From: Vermamoeba vermiformis
Lineage: Eukaryota
Direction of reading: 5' to 3'
Length of the DNA: 64,000 nt
Assembly (NCBI GenBank): GCA_045837725.1
Contig: JBEWZL010000056.1
Span: 62,001-126,000 of the forward strand
The notes under the pieces were generated by a model. That model was not told where the DNA came from. It saw only the letters and a program-made list of their open reading frames with translations, and did no database searches. The translations under genes and the position numbers were made by a program. How positions within the stretch are numbered: the stretch's first letter is position 1; every line of letters begins with the position of its first letter. Of this stretch, positions 63,290 to 64,000 are shown piece after piece.

Positions 63290-64000
63290 ATGTCAGAAAT
63301 CAAACCTTCCGCGAGTTCTCCAGTCCTTACTGCCCAAGGATCGCCCAGAACACCTAAGAAGTTGGCCGACTCTGGCGGCAAATCTGACAAAACAAGACCA
63401 CCACCAGTATCGCCAAGAGGACTTACAGGCTCAGGAGGTGTAAATATTAGTTACAGCTCACCTGCTGGATCGCAGCCTAGTTCCCCGAGTAATTCATTGA
63501 AGCGATCAGCCTCGTTTAGACTTCCAGACGAGAGCAGCCAATCATGGCGAACTATTACTATGCCCGGCAATAAGACAGAACGGCGACGGTCGGTCAACTT
63601 AAAAACTGCACCTGAGCCTAAAAAGGTAAATCCATCCGACGTTTAGTGCACTTCCGAAATAACAGATTATTCATAATACTCTCGAACAATGTTTGTCAAT
63701 ATTTATTTTAAGCGCAGTATAACCTTTAAATATTCAAATTGCTTTCGAGTTGAATTAGTTCGTAAATTTATCAATTCCATTTGCTAACGATAATTAAATA
63801 TGCAGATTACCGATGATTTCTTAAAAGAAGATAGCTTGGAGATTTGGCGGCCAAACCTGTACAGATCGACCTCGGAAACGAGTTTGACTAAAGCTTGGAA
63901 GGATGGCGAAGATAGAGTACGTGTATTTATACTGTTATTACCAGTACTAATGCGTTTGTAGGTGCAAGGAATGACTGTCACAGCATTAGAAGCAGCTCTT
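63290..64000 (+). CDS. 5' part of a gene with Ser/Pro-rich disordered N-terminus, probably continuing past the window
   Basis: ORF 63290-63646 with a donor GTAAAT near 63625, and a further exon-like segment from about 63807. Confidence 0.5.

Overview
Intron-rich, AT-rich eukaryotic DNA with many short GT-AG introns (often about 50 nt). Gene content suggests a free-living amoeboid protist, which is an inference. The centrepiece is a three-layer nested insertion. A small host gene (9577-20662) is split by a Ty3/Gypsy LTR retrotransposon (9967-20310; 248-bp LTRs that read as identical, CAATA target-site duplication). The Gypsy gag is itself split by an apparently intact 4701-bp tyrosine-recombinase retrotransposon (10864-15564) with Ngaro-type split direct repeats A1-ORFs-B1-A2-B2. 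That element shows a CGTGC recombination core, a candidate -1 frameshift signal between gag and RT, and a 53-nt spliceosomal intron that must be removed to make the recombinase. Host genes include bacterial-type but intron-containing GlgX and GalU, Ku80 with a DNA-PKcs-binding tail, a TMEM135-like protein, a GT7 galactosyltransferase and five F-box-like genes. There are also two paralogous Cro/XRE-like HTH regulators, a large Cys-rich 7TM receptor-like protein, a secreted protein with 30-aa TNELQTLSL repeats, and several Cys-rich surface proteins. No rRNA, tRNA or CRISPR array was recognised. Exon boundaries were read by eye.
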